From Leptospira sp. (GTDB lineage Bacteria; Spirochaetota; Leptospiria; Leptospirales; Leptospiraceae), in assembly GCA_034439575.1 (NCBI GenBank), contig JAWXAQ010000033.1, positions 32,001-96,000 of the forward strand: a stretch of DNA of 64,000 bases, written 5' to 3'. Position numbers and translations under genes: made by a program. Below the pieces are notes generated by a model that did not search any database, was not told the origin of the DNA, and worked only from the letters and a program-made list of their open reading frames with translations. Shown here piece after piece: positions 49,202-60,138 of the stretch; the stretch's first letter is position 1, and each line of letters opens with the position of its first letter.

Positions 49202-51112
49202 ATGAATTCGAAGCGAAAAATTAAAATTATTTTTTTAGAAGCTCGGTTCGGTGAATTTAATCATATATTAGAACTTCTGCAAAATAATGGTTGGGATGTT
49301 TATTTTGAAAAAGTTCAGACAATTGAGTCGTTTAACGAAATTTATTCTCTTAATTCTTGGGATATAATCATATCAGACTTTGATATTTCTGGTAGCGATG
49401 GATTCGAAGTTGTTAAAAACATACGAAAACTAAATACTGATATCCCTATCTTAATTGTTTCAGAAAAAAAAGAACCAAGTATCGTTTCTATGTTATATAA
49501 TTTGGGTATTTCAGAATATTTGAATAAAGATAATCTTGAATATATTCATATTTTAGTCGAAAAAGAATTTGAAAATTATATAGCAAAGAGACAGCAAGTT
49601 CGAGCTTGGGATATGCTTGTACATAGCGAAGAAGTTTTGACTCGCTCTCAAAAATTGGCTAAAATCGGACATTTCGAAATCCTGTATCCTGAGAGAAGAA
49701 TTCTTTGGTCACTAGAAATGTATAAAATATTGGAGTATTCCTATTCCGAGAATCCAGAGGAAATAAAATTAATAGAACGTCTGCTTGGTGATGAGCGTGA
49801 AGAATTGGAGATATATTGGGAAAAATTGCAAAAGGAAGAAGGAAAATACGAGAGAGAAGTAAAATTACAAATCAATAATTCCGTAAAACATGTTCAATTA
49901 GTAATAGAAAGTGAATTGATAGACAAACAAAAAATAAGAATGTTTGGAACTTTGCACGATATATCAAATTATAATGATTTAGAATCGGCAAAGTTACATA
50001 ATGAACAATTGTTCAAAGGTATTTTTAATAATTCTTCTCAGGCCATTATACTTCTAGATTTGATGGGTAATATATTAAAATTAAACCAACAATCAGTAAA
50101 ACTTTTTCAAGTCGCAGAAAGAACTGTTCAAGGTGAAAATATTCTTAGATCGATACTCGCTGGATCATCAGATATAGATAAATTAAAGTTAAACGAAGCC
50201 ATTCAGAAAGCTAAGTCAAAAGAATCAAGTGGGCTTTTACTTTCTTACTTTATAGAGAATCAAAGAGAAGTATTTTTAGATTGTGATATATCAACCGTAA
50301 ATGATGAACAAGGCACGATCATGTATCTTGTTTTTGAGGCAAAGGATATTACCGAAAAAATTGAGTTGGAAAGATTGTATGCACAAGCACAGAAAATGGA
50401 GTCACTAGGAACATTTGCTGGAAGTATTGCACATGATTTTAATAATTTATTAACACCTATTTTTAATTATGTGAGCATTTTAAGTAATGAAATACAAATG
50501 AATAAGAATAGGATTGATTCTAATTTATTTGAAAACTCTTTTTCTAAAATCCAGAAGCTATTAAATAGAGCGAAATTGTTAGTCGGACAAATTTTGGATT
50601 TTGGGAAAAAAGATATTCTCGATTTAGAAGAGATAGATCTAAGTTCTTCGATCCAACAATTTATTTCTGAAATCAAACTTGATCAAAAGATTCAGATAAA
50701 TTTTAAAATTTTGGAAGAGAAAGCAATAGTTCTAGCTCATCCGATCTATATGTATCAAATTCTTTCAAACATATACAATAATGCATGTTATGCTGTTGGT
50801 CAATCAGACCAGCCTAAAATCAATTTTCTACTTAAACGTCTGAATGTTGATGATGCAGACTTTCATCATCACCCATTACTTATCGATCATGCTTATTATA
50901 ATTTGATTATCTCGGATAATGGGTGTGGAATTCCGCAAGAAAATTTAATAAAAATATTCGATCCATTTTTTTCTACGAAAGGTAAAGATGGCACTGGTCT
51001 TGGACTTCCCATTATATATGGCATCATGAGAAAACTAGGCGGGTTGATAACGATTAAGAGTGAAATGGGAATCGGGACCAGTGTTCATTGTTACTTTCGA
51101 ATTTTAAGATAA
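49202..51112 (+). CDS. Cytoplasmic REC-PAS histidine kinase
   Basis: N-terminal receiver, PAS domains, IAHDFNNLL H-box, DNGCG, PFFSTK, GTGLGL. Confidence 0.9.
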   Translation: MNSKRKIKIIFLEARFGEFNHILELLQNNGWDVYFEKVQTIESFNEIYSLNSWDIIISDFDISGSDGFEVVKNIRKLNTDIPILIVSEKKEPSIVSMLYNLGISEYLNKDNLEYIHILVEKEFENYIAKRQQVRAWDMLVHSEEVLTRSQKLAKIGHFEILYPERRILWSLEMYKILEYSYSENPEEIKLIERLLGDEREELEIYWEKLQKEEGKYEREVKLQINNSVKHVQLVIESELIDKQKIRMFGTLHDISNYNDLESAKLHNEQLFKGIFNNSSQAIILLDLMGNILKLNQQSVKLFQVAERTVQGENILRSILAGSSDIDKLKLNEAIQKAKSKESSGLLLSYFIENQREVFLDCDISTVNDEQGTIMYLVFEAKDITEKIELERLYAQAQKMESLGTFAGSIAHDFNNLLTPIFNYVSILSNEIQMNKNRIDSNLFENSFSKIQKLLNRAKLLVGQILDFGKKDILDLEEIDLSSSIQQFISEIKLDQKIQINFKILEEKAIVLAHPIYMYQILSNIYNNACYAVGQSDQPKINFLLKRLNVDDADFHHHPLLIDHAYYNLIISDNGCGIPQENLIKIFDPFFSTKGKDGTGLGLPIIYGIMRKLGGLITIKSEMGIGTSVHCYFRILR

Positions 51113-51161
51113 TTGATTGCTTTTTATTTTTATTTATTAAAAAATCATCGAGATAGTTTCG

Positions 51162-53354
51162 ATGGTTACCCTATTCAAAAATATATTTCAACCAAAGAAT
51201 TATAAAAAATTCTTTTTTTCATTTATCGTTTTATTTTCCTCAATTATTTTTTTTGTATCCTTTCGTATCTATTCAATCCAAGAACAGTATCGTATCGAAA
51301 TGAAAGACGCCGAATGGACTCGCGATCTTGAATTGTATTTATCATACTTAAAAGATGCCGAAACTGCAGAGAGAGGATACATACTCTCCGGAAAAGAAGT
51401 TTTTCTTGCTCCTTACTATGATGCGATTTCAAAATTTTCTCGTTTAGAATTAAATCTTCGATCGGGTGTACCCCCTCAATTGAGATCCCAATTGGAAGAA
51501 TTGTTTTTATATTCGAATGAAAAGAAGGCTTTCCTTCTTGAATTGATTGAACTTGTGAAAAACAAAAAAAATAATGAAGCATCAGTTCGATTTAACTCGC
51601 AAAGAGGAAGAGAATTAATGGACGTTATACGAATTAAAGTTTCTCTCATACTGAATGAAAAAATGAAAATGGATAAAGATTTTAAAAAGCAAAGTGAAAT
51701 TCAAAATGTAATCGCTTTTTCTTTTTCTCTCTTTGGTTTTATTTTTATATTATTTATACTTTATTGGATGATATTAATTATTTCAGAAAATAGTAAAATT
51801 AATCAAGATCGTGAATCCATTTTTAAAAAATTTGAAGAAATAGATGATCTTTTCCAAAATTCTCCAGTCGGTTTTCACTCTCTAGATACAAATGGATTGT
51901 ATTTAAAAATTAACAAAATGGGCCAAAGGTGGTTAGGTTATGATGAAAGTGATTTAATTGGAAAGAAAAAGTTTATAGAATTATTAACAGAAAAGAGTAG
52001 AGTGGAATTTCAAAACAATTTTCCAATTTTTAAAAAATTAGGAGCGATCGAAAGTTTACGATTTGAATTAATTAAAAAAAATGGCGAGATTTTAAATATC
52101 TTACTCTCTGCTACAGCGATCAATGATACGTCAGGAAACTTTCTTATGACGAGGTCAACATTTGTTGATATCACCGAATCAATAAAATATGAAAAGAATC
52201 TTCTTGAAGCGAAAAGGAAAGCAGAAGAAGCAAGTATTGCAAAGTCAGAATTTTTATCAAGCATGAGTCATGAGATAAGAACGCCCATGAATGCTGTGAT
52301 AGGTTTCGCTAATTTATTATTAGATGAATCGCCGATGCCAGAACATATCGAATATTTAAATAATTTGAAATTTTCCAGCGAAACATTATTGGCTTTGATA
52401 AATGATATATTAGATTTTAATAAAATTGAACAAAGAAAAGTTCTCATAGAGGAGATTCCATTTAGAATTGATTTACTTCTGAATTCCGTTATTGGATCGT
52501 TTAGTCAAAAATGTAATGAAAAAATGATAAATCTGAAAACTGATATAGCTGATAATTTTCCAAAAGTAATAAAAGGAGATCCAACTCGAATTTTACAAAT
52601 ATTAAATAATCTATTATCTAATGCGGTAAAATTTACACAAGTGGGAAGTATTTATCTAAAAGCTGTATTGATATCATCAACTGACGAAAAGTATACGATA
52701 CAATTTCGAGTTGAAGATTCTGGAATTGGAATCCCTGATTCAAAGCTAGATTCTATTTTTGATAAGTTTACACAAGTTGGCAGTGATACGACTAGAAGGT
52801 ATGGGGGTAGTGGGCTCGGACTTGCTATAGCGAAAGGATTGGTTGAGCTTATGGGTGGAAGTATTATTGTTTCTAGTCATGTAGGAAGTGGTACTACATT
52901 TACTTTTACTATCAATGTATTAAAATCAAACGAATCTCTAGAAGGTACTATATCAGTCAACTCAGGCAAATTTGAAAGAATGCCTGGTCTACGAGTATTG
53001 ATAGCAGATGATATACAAATTAATAGAGAAATTGTGAGTAAGTTTTTAATAAAATGGGGGATTGAAGTTTCACATGCAGAAAACGGAATGGATGTCTTAA
53101 GTAAGATTAAAGAATTTGAATATGATCTGATTCTAATGGATTTACATATGCCAGAGCTTGATGGTTATCAAACTACCATCAAGATCAGGGAAGGAACTCT
53201 ACAAAATCAAATTCCTATCATTGCCTTAACTGCTTCAGTCGAAATTCAAACTCAAGAGCGAATCAAAGAAATTGGAATGAATGATTTTATTTCTAAGCCA
53301 TTTATTCCAGCTGATTTACACCAAAAAATTTATAAAATATTTAATAAACAATGA
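51162..53354 (+). CDS. CHASE3-PAS hybrid histidine kinase with C-terminal receiver
   Basis: DAETAERGYIL (CHASE3), PAS, MSHEIRTPMN, GGSGLGL, ILMDLHMP, KP. Confidence 0.92.
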   Translation: MVTLFKNIFQPKNYKKFFFSFIVLFSSIIFFVSFRIYSIQEQYRIEMKDAEWTRDLELYLSYLKDAETAERGYILSGKEVFLAPYYDAISKFSRLELNLRSGVPPQLRSQLEELFLYSNEKKAFLLELIELVKNKKNNEASVRFNSQRGRELMDVIRIKVSLILNEKMKMDKDFKKQSEIQNVIAFSFSLFGFIFILFILYWMILIISENSKINQDRESIFKKFEEIDDLFQNSPVGFHSLDTNGLYLKINKMGQRWLGYDESDLIGKKKFIELLTEKSRVEFQNNFPIFKKLGAIESLRFELIKKNGEILNILLSATAINDTSGNFLMTRSTFVDITESIKYEKNLLEAKRKAEEASIAKSEFLSSMSHEIRTPMNAVIGFANLLLDESPMPEHIEYLNNLKFSSETLLALINDILDFNKIEQRKVLIEEIPFRIDLLLNSVIGSFSQKCNEKMINLKTDIADNFPKVIKGDPTRILQILNNLLSNAVKFTQVGSIYLKAVLISSTDEKYTIQFRVEDSGIGIPDSKLDSIFDKFTQVGSDTTRRYGGSGLGLAIAKGLVELMGGSIIVSSHVGSGTTFTFTINVLKSNESLEGTISVNSGKFERMPGLRVLIADDIQINREIVSKFLIKWGIEVSHAENGMDVLSKIKEFEYDLILMDLHMPELDGYQTTIKIREGTLQNQIPIIALTASVEIQTQERIKEIGMNDFISKPFIPADLHQKIYKIFNKQ

Positions 53355-53361
53355 TATAAGT

Positions 53362-55287
53362 TTATACCTTTTTGTTTAGGTCAAGAGCAAAGATAGTTAT
53401 ATCATCATCAGCTCGTTTGTATTTTGAAAATCGAAACACTTCACCTACCACTCGATCACATAAAGATTGAGGATCTAAATCTATGTTTTCCATTAATAAA
53501 GTTGTAAATCGCTCTTCGCCAAACAATTCATCATTACTCGGATCTCTCGCTTCTAATACTCCATCAGTGTATAATACGATTTTTCCTTTAGTGGGTAGAT
53601 CAAATTGTAGTTCTTTCAATTTAAGTGGTATAAATTCTGTGATCGCCTTTCCTTGTGAGGTGATAAATTCTGCGGGCATTTCTGGACGCAATAAAATGAG
53701 TGGATGATGGCCCGCATTCGCTACTTTAAAAATTCCATTCTTGGGATTCACATAAAGAAATATGGCACTGAGGAAATGGCCTGATAAATTTTCGATGAGT
53801 GACAATCGCATTTTTTCTGCGGCTTTTGCTGGTTCTGCAAGTTCCGATGCCCATAATTGTAACGATACTTTAGCCATACTAGCGATCATAGCAGCTGCGA
53901 TTCCATGACCTGATACATCACACAAAAAAACACCAAAACCATCATCATCTTCTAAAAATTGGACGAAGTCTCCGCCAATATCAGAGGTAGGTAAATATCT
54001 AAAACCAATGGGATATCCTTTTAAATGAGTTCTATGTTTGGGCAAAAGATCTTTTTGAAGTTTCTTTGCCACTTTCAATTGCATGTCGATTTCTTGTTTG
54101 TCTTCGTGTTCTTTTCTAAAATCACTCACTCGTAACATCAATGCGACTGCTAACAACATAATCATAACGGCTGAACCCATTGGTAAACTGTAAGTGGCTG
54201 CAGTAAGAGGGATCACCCATCCTTGAATTGTAGTAACATTGATAGCAGCACCAACTAACATAGACCCTAATGCAAAGAAAAAGAGATAATTCTCAGATTT
54301 CCGTGGATCTTTTAATATTGCATACATAGCAAGATAAATGCCCCAGAGAATAGGTATGATTACCATCGTTATGGCCGTATCAATATAAGTTCGAATGTCA
54401 ATAAATAGAATACTTGGCATTAATAATAACATGATACCAATCATGATCTTTGTAAATTTATAATGTTTTTCGCCCTGGTTTTCTAAATCTAAAAATTCTG
54501 CTGTAAATAGTAGGCCAAAAATTCCCGTGATATAAATACTTAGTGGGAATAAATAATTTTTCCATGTATGTGAATTTCCAATTTCAATGTATTGAATGAA
54601 ACCAGTTGAGAAAAGTGTAACAAGAATAACCGAACCTAAATAAAAGAAGTAAAAGAAGAATTGACGATAACGTAAGCTATACGATAGAAATAATGAATAA
54701 AAAAACATCATACCTCCAGCTCCGAAATATGCCGCAAAAAAAATATCATTCATTTTTGAATAAGATAAGAATGATTTTGAGTTATGAATAGAGATAAAGG
54801 AGAATAGGGGGTTTTCAGATTCTATTTTTATATAAAGTATTTTTATTTCCCCTGGATATAAAATTAAAGGAAATGCTGGAATGTGTGAAAAAAGAGATTT
54901 TTCTTTCATGAATATCTGTTCGCCAGCTAACATGTTTACCCATTTGTTTTTGGATTGATAAAATAATTCATATCTATCGATCACAGGACTTGAAAATAGT
55001 AAGTAAAAAGTTTCCGCTTGTTTACCTGTATGTTCCAAAATCAATTTAAACCAGACAGGGTTTTTTTCTGACGGGAAATGCATGGTTTCATTCGTATTGG
55101 TTTGCCAATTGGCACTCTCACTTAGTACTTTGGATAAATTGGATTCTGATTTTGGTAATATCAGATATTCAATTTGTTTTCCCAAGTTCAGAGAATCTTT
55201 ATTCTCATTTAATAATATTGTCTCAGCATTTAACGCGTAACTAAAAAATAATATAAGACAACTATAAATTACTGTTTTATTACACAT
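53362..55287 (-). CDS. 7TM-DISM receptor fused to a SpoIIE/PP2C phosphatase
   Basis: Extracellular DISM-like domain, about 7 TM helices, IGGDF, CDVSGHG, NAGH, YTDG, DDIT; true start MCNKTV at 55287 (TGATG overlap). Confidence 0.85.
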   Translation of the reverse strand: MCNKTVIYSCLILFFSYALNAETILLNENKDSLNLGKQIEYLILPKSESNLSKVLSESANWQTNTNETMHFPSEKNPVWFKLILEHTGKQAETFYLLFSSPVIDRYELFYQSKNKWVNMLAGEQIFMKEKSLFSHIPAFPLILYPGEIKILYIKIESENPLFSFISIHNSKSFLSYSKMNDIFFAAYFGAGGMMFFYSLFLSYSLRYRQFFFYFFYLGSVILVTLFSTGFIQYIEIGNSHTWKNYLFPLSIYITGIFGLLFTAEFLDLENQGEKHYKFTKIMIGIMLLLMPSILFIDIRTYIDTAITMVIIPILWGIYLAMYAILKDPRKSENYLFFFALGSMLVGAAINVTTIQGWVIPLTAATYSLPMGSAVMIMLLAVALMLRVSDFRKEHEDKQEIDMQLKVAKKLQKDLLPKHRTHLKGYPIGFRYLPTSDIGGDFVQFLEDDDGFGVFLCDVSGHGIAAAMIASMAKVSLQLWASELAEPAKAAEKMRLSLIENLSGHFLSAIFLYVNPKNGIFKVANAGHHPLILLRPEMPAEFITSQGKAITEFIPLKLKELQFDLPTKGKIVLYTDGVLEARDPSNDELFGEERFTTLLMENIDLDPQSLCDRVVGEVFRFSKYKRADDDITIFALDLNKKV

Positions 55288-56714
55288 CAATAAGAGCTTC
55301 CCGCCCCACCTCCACCAGACCGACCACCTCCCCAGGAGCCACTTGATCCACCACTTGTCCAAGAGCCACTGCCACTGGATGAACCCCCATAACTATTAGA
55401 ACTATTGGACGGTTTTGTTAATTTGGGAGTTGTGACTTTTCTAGTTTCGCTATGATGGCAATGGGCACATTCATCATGATGTATTTCCTCACCCCCATGT
55501 TCATAATTCGCGCTTCTAATTACTTTAACACTAACATTGCGAAAAGTTTCAAAGCCACATTTTTTACATTTGGAGGCTGGGGAATTTCCACTATATTTTT
55601 CTTTCAGTATTTTATCGCACGAATTGCAAAACCAAATATCATAATCAACCGATTGGATTTTTTCTTCCGTTCGTTCGCCAGCTGATAAATGTTTGTCGTC
55701 CTCCATTTCATTTAATTTTTTCATTTTAGATTTGCAATCGGGACAAATTCTAGTATTGTTTCTTAATTTGTTTTTGATCCATTTGTTTCCAGAATACAAC
55801 AATAGACCAATTGGCAAAAGGTTTATAAGTGAATAAGTTGTTTCCCCTTCACTAAATTCAATTATACTCATGAATGCACTAGCGCCAATGCCCGATATCC
55901 AGCTTATACTTTGACCAAACATTGCATAGAGTCTATAAAGTGAATGATTACCGAATGGTAAAAAGGAAAAAATTAGTCCAATGATTAGAGTCATGCTCAT
56001 CAAAATAATCCCTAACCAGAAATAGAAAAATTCTTTGAAACTTCCCATGGGATTTAAAAAATGTCTTTTTAAAATACCAGGAGCGAATTGATGCTCATCG
56101 TCCAAATTCTGGAAACTGATGTTTGACTTTTGAGAATAGGTATCCATTGGCAGATCATTAAAGTCAAATTTAGCCTCTGAAATATTTAACTTATCGTTCA
56201 AATTTTTATCAGGGTATCTGATAGCATTTGCTAAAAGATAAACTCCCATTGTAATCCCTAGAGAAAATTTATTTAATTTAAAGTTTGGAATGATTTGTTC
56301 ATCTAATATCCGTTTGCATAAAATGTCAGGCAATATTCCTTCATTTCCATAGCCGGTTTCTATTTCTACACGTCTTTGATCTATGATGTGTAAGAGTAAT
56401 ACACCATTGTCTTTCCCCTGTTTGCCTATTCCCCAAACTTCAAATAGGCGGACAGCAAATTCTTTAGGAGTTTCGGAGCCTATACTTGGTAAGGTGACAA
56501 CTGCTATCTCGGCTCCGGTTTCTGTTTCTAAAGTTGAAATCATATGATTAATTTCAGGTAATGCCCCAGAATCTGTTAGGTAACCGACTCCGTCATAAAC
56601 CCAAGCTCCCGATAATCTGGGATTTTCTACATTTTTAATTCGCTCATCCATTGATTGAGAATGAATTGTTGTCAGTGAGACAAAGAGAAAAAGTAAGATC
56701 AGTCGTTTGTGCAT
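55287..56714 (-). CDS. TPM-domain membrane protein with four CxxC pairs and a Gly/Ser-rich tail
   Basis: AEIAVVT, WGIG..GKDNGVL, IETGYG; CPDC, CNSC, CKKC, CAHC; GGGRSGGGGAGSSY tail. Confidence 0.88.
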   Translation of the reverse strand: MHKRLILLFLFVSLTTIHSQSMDERIKNVENPRLSGAWVYDGVGYLTDSGALPEINHMISTLETETGAEIAVVTLPSIGSETPKEFAVRLFEVWGIGKQGKDNGVLLLHIIDQRRVEIETGYGNEGILPDILCKRILDEQIIPNFKLNKFSLGITMGVYLLANAIRYPDKNLNDKLNISEAKFDFNDLPMDTYSQKSNISFQNLDDEHQFAPGILKRHFLNPMGSFKEFFYFWLGIILMSMTLIIGLIFSFLPFGNHSLYRLYAMFGQSISWISGIGASAFMSIIEFSEGETTYSLINLLPIGLLLYSGNKWIKNKLRNNTRICPDCKSKMKKLNEMEDDKHLSAGERTEEKIQSVDYDIWFCNSCDKILKEKYSGNSPASKCKKCGFETFRNVSVKVIRSANYEHGGEEIHHDECAHCHHSETRKVTTPKLTKPSNSSNSYGGSSSGSGSWTSGGSSGSWGGGRSGGGGAGSSY

Positions 56715-56791
56715 CAAGGGAATTCTTACAGAAATATTTGATTGTAAAAGTCATTTCTCCATTAAAAGGCTAGAAAATGGGGAAAAAAAAG

Positions 56792-56820
56792 TTGAGAAAA
56801 CAAGGTATTAGCAGTCTAAT
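56792..56820 (+). promoter_or_regulatory. Sigma70-type promoter of clpB
   Basis: TTGAGA (56792-56797), 17-nt spacer, TCTAAT (56815-56820). Confidence 0.6.
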
Positions 56821-56834
56821 GCTTAGAGTGCTAA
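56808..56834 (+). promoter_or_regulatory. CIRCE element (HrcA operator)
   Basis: TTAGCAGTC-N9-GAGTGCTAA, one mismatch to the consensus TTAGCACTC-N9-GAGTGCTAA, directly upstream of a chaperone gene. Confidence 0.92.
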
Positions 56835-56849
56835 AAGAGGAAAGACTAT

Positions 56850-59240
56850 ATGAAACAATTTGATACAACCGTTCAGGGAGCTTTGGATATCGCGCAAACA
56901 GATGCAATTCGGCGCAAAAATACGGAAATCTCTCCTTTACATTTATTTTACGGGCTTATGTCCCATCCTTCCTCCTTTACGAGCCAAAATTTATCTAAAT
57001 ACAAGGTTCGTGTGGACGAAGCCTTGGCAAAACTTCCAAAGTCCGTAACTGAGGTTAGCTTTGAAAATCTCAGAACATCTGGGAAACTTAGCCAATGGAT
57101 CACAATGGCTTCTTCCCGCGCCGCAGAAAATGCTCGGGAGGAAATCAAAGAGGCTGACTTACTAAAATTTTTACCGAATATTTTGCCTGAGTTAAAAATT
57201 GATTACAATGATTTGAATGTGAAAGAGACGGATGAAGAGATTCCTGACTTTTTAATCAATCTGAACGAAGAGGCGAAGGCGGGAAAATTAGATCCAGTCA
57301 TTGGAAGGACAAAAGAAATTCGTTCTGTTATGGAAATTTTGGGACGAAGAAGTAAAAACAATCCAGTGTTAGTTGGCTCTGCAGGTGTGGGTAAAACAGC
57401 CATTGTTGAAGGACTTGCAGAACAAATCGTAAAAGGAAAAGTCCCAGATGTTTTGAAAGGAAAAACAGTATATTCACTTGATATGGGTCAACTCATGGCT
57501 GGTACAAAATATCGAGGAGACTTTGAAGAAAAAATACAACATCTACTAAGATTCGTTAAGGCGCAAGCGGGTGAAGTCATTCTGTTTATAGATGAAATCC
57601 ACCAGTTAGTTGGTGCAGGTCGTACTGAAGGTGCAATGGATGCGGCAAATTTACTGAAACCAGCCCTTGCTCGTGGGGACTTACATTGTATAGGTGCCAC
57701 AACACCAGAAGAATTCCAAAAATACATTCTTGGTGATGCGGCCCTTGAGCGAAGATTTCGATCTGTTCCTGTAAACGAACCTTCAAAAGAAGATGCCATT
57801 GAAATTCTTATGGGAATCAGAGATAAACATGAAATTCATCACGGTATTAAAATATCCGATGATGCAGTGTATTCTGCTGTATTTTTATCAGATCAGTACA
57901 TCACAGATAAAAACCTTCCAGATAAGGCCATTGATTTAGTAGATGAAGCGGCTTCAGCTTTAAAACTTTCTGCGGAAGCGATGCCTGCCCATTTGGTAGA
58001 ACTCGAAAGTGAAATCAGATCTAAAAAGATTTATGCACAAGTAGAAAAGAAAAACGATGAAATATTGAAAGAAATCGAAGTGCTTGAAGTGAAGTTTAAT
58101 TCTGGTAAGGCGGAATGGGAAAAAGAAGTAAATTCTTTGAAACAAATGGCTTCTATTAAGAATAAAATTGAAAGAGTCAAATTTGATTTAGAAAGTGCGG
58201 AAGCTAGAGCTGATTACACCGAAGCCTCCAGATTAAAATTTGCGGTATTACCTGAACTTGAAAAAGAACTAGGTGCCTTTCAAAATATTTGGATATTAGG
58301 TAGTAATCATATTGCAAGTGTTATCTCTAGGCAAACGGGAATCCCCGTTGAGAAAATACTTAAAACCAAACAAGAGAATATTCTCGAATTGGAAAGCCAA
58401 TTGAACCAAACTGTATTTGGCCAGAAAGAAGCTTTAAAAGAAATCGCAGATACTCTTCTTACAAGTTATGCGGGCATTTCTTCCGAAAATCGACCTTTGG
58501 GTAGCTTTTTATTAAAAGGACCGACTGGTGTTGGAAAAACAGAAACAGCTAAGGCACTGGCTAAGTATCTTTTTGATAGCGAGTCAAATTTGGTTCGCCT
58601 TGATTTATCTGAGTATTCGGAAAAACATTCAGTAGCTAAACTGATTGGATCTCCAGCAGGGTATGTAGGATATGAAGAAGGTGGGATACTAACCGAGGCC
58701 ATTCGAAGAAAACCATATTCTGTGGTTTTATTTGATGAAATCGAAAAAGCTCATCCTGACTTTTCGGATATACTTTTACAAATTTTGGATGATGGGCGGT
58801 TGACGGATAACAAAGGTAGGACGATTAATTTTCGAAATACCATTATCTTGTTAACGACGAATTCAAAAGATATTCATGCTGATTTTAAACCAGAAGTTCT
58901 TGGAAGGTTAGACGGGATATTGACATACGCATCCATCGACTCATCGATAATGGAAAGATTAATTGAAAAACAAATTTCATTCTTGAATGAACGTTTGAAA
59001 GTAAAAGGAATCACAATTAAACTTTCGGAAAGTACGGAGCGTATTCTCACAGAACAGGGATATGATCCTAAATTTGGTGCACGTCCTCTAAACAATGTGT
59101 TCAACCGGATCGTGAATAGACCTTTATCCAAAGAGATTCTGGCTGGAAATATTGGCGAAGGGACATACCTTGCTGATTGGAACGAAAATGTTTTGAGTTT
59201 TAAACCAGTGGCGCAAGCCAAAGAACGTGTAAAAAAATAA
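56850..59240 (+). CDS. clpB: ATP-dependent chaperone ClpB
   Basis: Two AAA+ domains ([16 protein letters not shown]), KYRGDFEE and GYVGY pore loops, coiled-coil M domain, FGARPL. Confidence 0.88.
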   Translation: MKQFDTTVQGALDIAQTDAIRRKNTEISPLHLFYGLMSHPSSFTSQNLSKYKVRVDEALAKLPKSVTEVSFENLRTSGKLSQWITMASSRAAENAREEIKEADLLKFLPNILPELKIDYNDLNVKETDEEIPDFLINLNEEAKAGKLDPVIGRTKEIRSVMEILGRRSKNNPVLVGSAGVGKTAIVEGLAEQIVKGKVPDVLKGKTVYSLDMGQLMAGTKYRGDFEEKIQHLLRFVKAQAGEVILFIDEIHQLVGAGRTEGAMDAANLLKPALARGDLHCIGATTPEEFQKYILGDAALERRFRSVPVNEPSKEDAIEILMGIRDKHEIHHGIKISDDAVYSAVFLSDQYITDKNLPDKAIDLVDEAASALKLSAEAMPAHLVELESEIRSKKIYAQVEKKNDEILKEIEVLEVKFNSGKAEWEKEVNSLKQMASIKNKIERVKFDLESAEARADYTEASRLKFAVLPELEKELGAFQNIWILGSNHIASVISRQTGIPVEKILKTKQENILELESQLNQTVFGQKEALKEIADTLLTSYAGISSENRPLGSFLLKGPTGVGKTETAKALAKYLFDSESNLVRLDLSEYSEKHSVAKLIGSPAGYVGYEEGGILTEAIRRKPYSVVLFDEIEKAHPDFSDILLQILDDGRLTDNKGRTINFRNTIILLTTNSKDIHADFKPEVLGRLDGILTYASIDSSIMERLIEKQISFLNERLKVKGITIKLSESTERILTEQGYDPKFGARPLNNVFNRIVNRPLSKEILAGNIGEGTYLADWNENVLSFKPVAQAKERVKK

Positions 59241-59248
59241 AAAATCCC

Positions 59249-59293
59249 TTGGGCGTGACGGTTCTTTTTTGAATCCTCACGTCCAATTTTTTT
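59249..59293 (+). terminator. Rho-independent terminator after clpB
   Basis: TTGGGCGTGA...TCACGTCCAA stem followed by a T7 run. Confidence 0.65.
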
Positions 59294-59304
59294 GTCTAAA
59301 GCAT

Positions 59305-60138
59305 ATGCCATCACTCAAATCTATTTCTGATTCTACTTTCTCCACAAACCAGTCCATTTCTGTTCCTTCTCTCGGACTTGGAGTTTGGAAATCAAAACCT
59401 AAAGAATGTTATACAGCTGTGATGTCTGCCTTGGAAGCGGGATATCGGCATATTGATACTGCGGCTATTTATGGAAATGAAGCTGATGTAGGACAGGCCT
59501 TGAAAGATTCTGGAATTCCCAGGAATGAACTTTTTATTGTCACCAAACTTTGGAATGCTGACCAAGGTTACGATTCGGCATTGATAGCTATTGATAAATC
59601 ACTAAGCAAACTAGGATTAGATTATATTGATATGTATTTAATTCATTTTCCAGTGACGGAAAAAAGAAAAGATTCCTGGCGAGCTTTAGAAAAAATTAAA
59701 GAGTCTGGCAAAGCAAAGTCAGTCGGTGTCAGCAATTTTATGGTCAAACACCTTGAAGATTTACTCAAAGAAACTTCTTTAATCCCTGCTATGAACCAAG
59801 TGGAATTTCATCCTTTTTTAAATGATACTCAACTCTTAGATTATTGCAAAGAAAAAGGAATTTTGTTAGAGGCATACAGTCCACTTGCACATGGGAAAAA
59901 ATTGGAAGACCCAAAGGTTTCAGCAATGGCAAAAAAGTATAACAAAACAAATGCACAAATTTTGATTCGGTGGGCATTACAAAAAGGAATCGTCGTCATA
60001 CCTAAATCAGTAAATCCCATAAGAATTAAAGAAAATGGAAACGTCTTCGATTTTCAAATTTCAGAATCTGATATGAACGAAATGAACTCTTGGAATGAAA
60101 ATTTTAGAACTTGCTGGGATCCAACTGAGGTTAGTTAG
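59305..60138 (+). CDS. Aldo/keto reductase
   Basis: [47 protein letters not shown]; start probably the ATG at 59305. Confidence 0.93.
   Translation: MPSLKSISDSTFSTNQSISVPSLGLGVWKSKPKECYTAVMSALEAGYRHIDTAAIYGNEADVGQALKDSGIPRNELFIVTKLWNADQGYDSALIAIDKSLSKLGLDYIDMYLIHFPVTEKRKDSWRALEKIKESGKAKSVGVSNFMVKHLEDLLKETSLIPAMNQVEFHPFLNDTQLLDYCKEKGILLEAYSPLAHGKKLEDPKVSAMAKKYNKTNAQILIRWALQKGIVVIPKSVNPIRIKENGNVFDFQISESDMNEMNSWNENFRTCWDPTEVS

Noticed and set aside
55288..55362. Trp-rich N-terminus MDKWWIKWLLGRWSVWWRWGGK on the 53362-55362 ORF
   Set aside because: It is an out-of-frame shadow of the GGT/GGA-rich Gly/Ser tail of the TPM gene. The real start is the ATG at 55287.
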